Below, piece by piece: positions 9,069 to 12,621 of a stretch of 12,621 bases of DNA. Origin of the DNA: Oopsacas minuta (Eukaryota; Animalia; Porifera); contig JAKMXF010000154.1 in the NCBI GenBank assembly GCA_024704765.1, positions 1-12,621 of the forward strand, written 5' to 3'. The translations under genes and the position numbers were made by a program. The first letter of the stretch is position 1. The number at the start of each line of letters is the position of its first letter. The notes under the pieces were generated by a model. It searched no databases. It saw only the letters and a list, made by a program, of their open reading frames with translations, and had not been told where the DNA came from.

Positions 9069-10403
9069 TTCATCCAAAATGTCCAAAGGCAAACATTGGA
9101 GAATAATGTGTTTAATGAGATTTATAACTCCCCAAGGGGGGCGGCGCAAATTAGGCCATTCTAACATTTCAACCTTTTTCTGTTATTCAAAGATTGTTGT
9201 GAGAGTTAATGTAGGATGAAAATTATGACCAATTGAGCTTCTTACAGTATGATAACCAATTATGGGAAAATGACTGTATTTAAATAGAAATGCAAATACA
9301 TTTCGAAATACCAGAAGTTTGTGGGAGCTTTTGGACTGCATAGGCCTACAGGGTATAAGTAACTAGGTATAATATGAATTACGAGATAATATCAATGCAT
9401 TTGATTGTATTTGGAAATGTAATCGAATTGTAAAATACTTTTGAAAGTATTGAATATAAATACAATCACTCTCATTGTGAGATCGAGAAAATACAATACT
9501 ATAAAAATACTTGAAAAATGTCTTTAAATACGCTCATATACAATAATATATATATTTGATGTCTACCTACCGGCGATTCACTTGCCTTAGCTTTACCCTA
9601 CACCCAATTCCAATATATGTAGATCCCTGCATAACAGCTGATAAACATATTGATTCAGAATAAAATTTTGAATTTCTACATACAAAAATAAGCCTAACAC
9701 AAAATTTCAAAGTAATATTTAAAGTAATGCATTCTAAGGTAATATATCCCAACCTGGGGTAATAATTTGGAGGTAATGAAAAGGTCCTGAAATCCTATTT
9801 GGGGTATTTTTAGGTTATCTGAATAAAACTGTATTAATTGTAGGTAGGATATGATAATAGATATACTACAATTCAATAAAATATGATTCACTAATGTACA
9901 CGAAAATAAATTAAATCGGCTAGAAGATTAAAAATGGGTGGTCCCGTGATCTGGCCAACCCAGGGCAAAATTTTTACTATTATAGGTTTGTTTTGGTTAT
10001 TGCACTGACAGACCCGCAGAAGGACCACCAGTGGCAGATACAGGTGAGATGGGGATACTTTCCCCAGCTATGGAATCATAATGGTATTGAAAGTATGTAA
10101 ATACACAGAAATATAGCTGAAATTGCAAGTGAAATATTTCTGCTCGTTTCTCTCGCATCTTATTCATATTATCATGTTATATGAGACCAATCGTATTATA
10201 TGCTTTGTATTGACGAGCTGTAACAGTAGGTATATACAAGTATTATGAGGAAGACATCACTAATGTGTCTGATTCGTTTGTTCAAGATGAAAAAACTTAT
10301 ATGTAGCTAATTTCGTTAGATGTAACCCTGTGCTAATGTATACGTATAACAAAATCATATACACAATGAGGCAATGCAGGCACAAAGTCAAGAAAAAACT
10401 TAC

Positions 10404-10457
10404 AGGCCAAATGAATATTACGCAATTAAGAGAGTGTATTTGGAGTATCGAAATTGC
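10404..10457 (-). other. Candidate 54-nt cassette exon (may be cryptic)
   Basis: Branch-like CCCTAAC, polypyrimidine tract TTTATTTGCCTTTCTCCTATCAG (ends at 10458), 54 nt open only in phase 0 (AISILQIHSLNCVIFIWP), then donor GTAAGT at 10403. No recognisable homology. Confidence 0.25.
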
Positions 10458-10939
10458 CTGATAGGAGAAAGGCAAATAAAGTGATGGCAGTTAGGGCATG
10501 TCGTCCAGTGGATCCAATGGGTCTTATATCGCCCGACACTCCAAGTTGAATGAGTATCTCCCCAATAGCAATTCCTGGATTCACCACTGCGGGCACGGAT
10601 TTTCATCTGGGGCAAATGTCACCGTTTAGCACCCTTAAGGGTCCGCAGTCAACAGTTTTGGACCACTAGCCAGGGGAACAGAGGCGGTCTCTTCTCACTT
10701 TCGTGGCCTATAGTAATGAAAATAACAATCTCAAATCACCATCTGTGGCGAGTTATATTTCATAAATTAATTTCACGATAACCGCGAAGGGGCAAGCCAT
10801 TTCACAGTAGCTTAGTAGTAGAGAATTAAGAAATTTTTTATAGTAATGCTTTCATTCCTTTATGGTTTCTTTGTGTTTCTAAACATTCAAGTAGCATCCA
10901 TTCCAATTTTCGAATCATTTGGTAGCCTATTAGTTATGT

Positions 10940-10940
10940 N
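10940..10940. other. Ambiguous base or assembly join (N)
   Basis: A single n; the Tc1/mariner relic starts abruptly 2 bases later. Confidence 0.9.
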
Positions 10941-11381
10941 AATATTACTTCTGGCCTGATCTAGCAAGTAGCATTATGCGAAAGATACGCTTAAACTTCT
11001 TGAAGATCTAAATATCCCATATATTCCAAAATCTGCTAACCCTCCTAATACACCTCAATTAAGGCCAATTAAGGAACCCTGGGGTTATTTGAAATCCAAA
11101 GTTTATGAAGGTGGGTGGGAAGCTAAATCCTTCAGAAGGTTGAAGCAAGGGATTCGGAAATCAACCAAGCAAGTGGAATTTTCAATTGTTCAAAGGCTAT
11201 TTTCAAGTATCAAGACGAATATCCGAAAATCTGCAGACAATGGCCCATTAACAGCGATCCATTGAGTTCTAGCTAAATTAAAATGTAATTAAACAAATAT
11301 GATCGAATTATACAATACTTTGTTGATAATTGATACATGCTCAAACAGGATGAAATTTGTCTAATTTTTAGTGCTCACCCG
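10941..11381 (+). mobile_element. 3' remnant of an IS630-Tc1-mariner element (DD37E spacing, ITmD37E-like)
   Basis: Transposase C-terminus followed by a putative right end GTCTAATTTTTAGTGCTCACCCG (to 11381). The left end is absent. Confidence 0.65.
10943..11265 (+). pseudogene. Tc1/mariner transposase C-terminal fragment
   Basis: YYFWPDLASS, a -1 frameshift at 10972, then HYAKDTLKLLEDLNIPYIPKSANPPNTPQLRPIKEPWGYLKSKVYEGGWEAKS...NGPLTAIH* (TGA 11263-11265). There are 37 residues between the D of WPD and the third catalytic position, which reads K (AAG) instead of E. Confidence 0.88.
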
Positions 11382-11679
11382 TCAATCGAATGATCACTCG
11401 AACGACGGGAAATCTTTCAGGGATTACTAATATTTACATAAAATTTGTTTCGGGTTGAACTGAATGAGATATAAACTTATTACCATGCCATTATCTTCAA
11501 AATGCGTAAAAGTGGCATGCTAAGTGGCGAAAAATAGAAGTTCTACATATATTTGTACTTTTCCCTGGTAAACTACAATAATAAAGCCACAAGAAAAATC
11601 ATAATTCGCCGGACTACATGGTATAAATTTGTCAACATAAGTGTAATATTTGAGTCTTGACAGAGTTATATAGACTCTA

Positions 11680-11695
11680 CAGAGGTCCCCAACCT
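11680..11695 (+). repeat. Left terminal inverted repeat of Buster-type hAT
   Basis: 15/16 match to the reverse complement of 898-913. Confidence 0.9.
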
Positions 11696-12041
11696 ACGAG
11701 CCGCGTTCCCAAAAGTTCTGGCCCGCCAAACCCTAGCTCCAATTTGTCTACTCTTATGCATTCGCTTACTACTAACAAATTAGTGTCACTTTGCCAACTC
11801 AATGAAGCGTATTAATTAACACATTTTTGATTACTGCAACAGTGAATGTACAATTATGGCTCGCCTATATGTATTCTCCAATACTATTCATATATTTTGT
11901 AATCTATTGTTTACTGTCTAGTTTGTTCAACGAATACCTACATATTTACGTGTATTATCTATTCCTGCAAGTCTAGTATTAGAATATATACGTATCTAAA
12001 CAAGTCTGGTCCGAATTTAAGCTTGATTCATGAAGTAAACT

Positions 12042-12572
12042 ATGCTCCCAGTTAAGAAAAGGAAGGTAGATTCTGAAATGAGGACTTCAAGGAGTGTTGG
12101 ACAGAAAAATATTTCTTTATTTGCCACAATGGGCAGCCTCTCTGTCTTATCTGCCCAGAGATGATTGCAGTCGAGAAAGAATTCAACATAAAGAGACATT
12201 ATGTGGCAAAACACTCAAAGTATTCAGAGTACACTGGTTTGATCCGGATCGATAAAATAGAAGCTTTGAAGAAAAGTATCTCCAAGCAGCAAATGACTTT
12301 TACAAAAATAAACGAAAACTCAGAGAAGGCCACCAAAGTGAGTTTAGCAATCAGCCACCTAATAGCAAAGAATATGAAACCTTTTTCAGATGGCCAATTT
12401 GTCAAGGAATGCATTATGACAGCTGTTGATTTGCTTTGTCCTGAAGAGAAAAATGTTTTTGCCAATGTAAGTCTTTCATCATCAACCGTGACTCGTAGAA
12501 TTGAAGATATCGCAGAAAATTTCAAGTTGTCATTGAAAGATGTTGCTGGACAGTTTCAATACTACTCTATAG
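12042..12572 (+). pseudogene. hAT transposase N-terminus (GTF2IRD2/EPM2AIP1/SPIN-like) with C2H2-type zinc finger; one frameshift
   Basis: ATG 12042 gives MLPVKKRKVDSEMRT. After a -1 base near 12086 the frame continues FKECWTEKYFF...CLICPEMIAVEKEFNIKRHYVAKH...KPFSDGQFVKEC...VSLSSSTVTRRIEDI...FQYYSIA with no stops. It ends just before the expected catalytic xDESTD motif. Confidence 0.92.
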
Positions 12573-12621
12573 CTGTCTCTTATACACATCTCCACCATGT
12601 TCTTCCCAACGCTGTGAGCCC
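12573..12621 (+). other. Library artefact: Tn5/Nextera mosaic end (12573-12591) plus 30-nt unidentified tail
   Basis: Exact 19-mer CTGTCTCTTATACACATCT, the reverse complement of the hyperactive Tn5 mosaic end AGATGTGTATAAGAGACAG. It sits at the window end where transposase homology stops, and translates in frame as (A)VSYTHL. Confidence 0.95.

Larger units (their letters stand above)
11680..12572 (+). mobile_element. hAT DNA transposon, Buster/Charlie/SPIN-like, copy B (5' portion, cut by adapter)
   Basis: Left TIR CAGAGGTCCCCAACCT, a leader of about 360 bp, then the transposase N-terminus. Same orientation as copy A. Confidence 0.9.

Noticed and set aside
9946-10045. PIF/Harbinger-like end GTGATCTGGCCAACCC and hAT-like start CAGTGGCAGATACAG
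   Set aside because: Single short motifs with no partner TIR or TSD; not supportable.
12017-12525. Minus-strand ORFs 12017..12214 and 12199..12525
   Set aside because: Antisense shadows of the copy B transposase.
12573-12591. Genuine Tn5/IS50 insertion or bacterial horizontal transfer
   Set aside because: The sequence is the engineered hyperactive mosaic end, not a natural IS50 outside or inside end. No IS50 body follows, and it lies at the sequence end.

Overview
AT-rich eukaryotic DNA, probably from an invertebrate metazoan; the taxon cannot be fixed from sequence alone. Nothing prokaryotic is present (no operons, rRNA/tRNA or CRISPR). The window reads as intronic DNA of a minus-strand host gene: one well-supported spliced exon (4072-4422) encodes a spectrin-type repeat, and most other recognisable sequence is transposon debris. 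Two direct-orientation copies of a Buster/SPIN-like hAT element bracket the window (3' part at 1-913, 5' part from 11680). A full-length but decayed TTF-zinc-finger hAT transposase lies on the minus strand (about 4982-7033). A DD37E-spaced Tc1/mariner relic starts at an assembly N (10940). There is also a probable LINE relic, MITE ends, and two diverged copies of a roughly 310-bp repeat with a Helitron-like 3' end. The last 49 bases are very likely not genomic: a perfect Tn5/Nextera mosaic end (12573-12591) plus a 30-nt tail cuts the second hAT transposase just before its first catalytic Asp. I see no convincing novel multi-gene system. The best leads are a shared 10-bp sequence at the inner junctions of the two Buster copies, which flank a phase-0/0 spectrin exon, and the library artefact.
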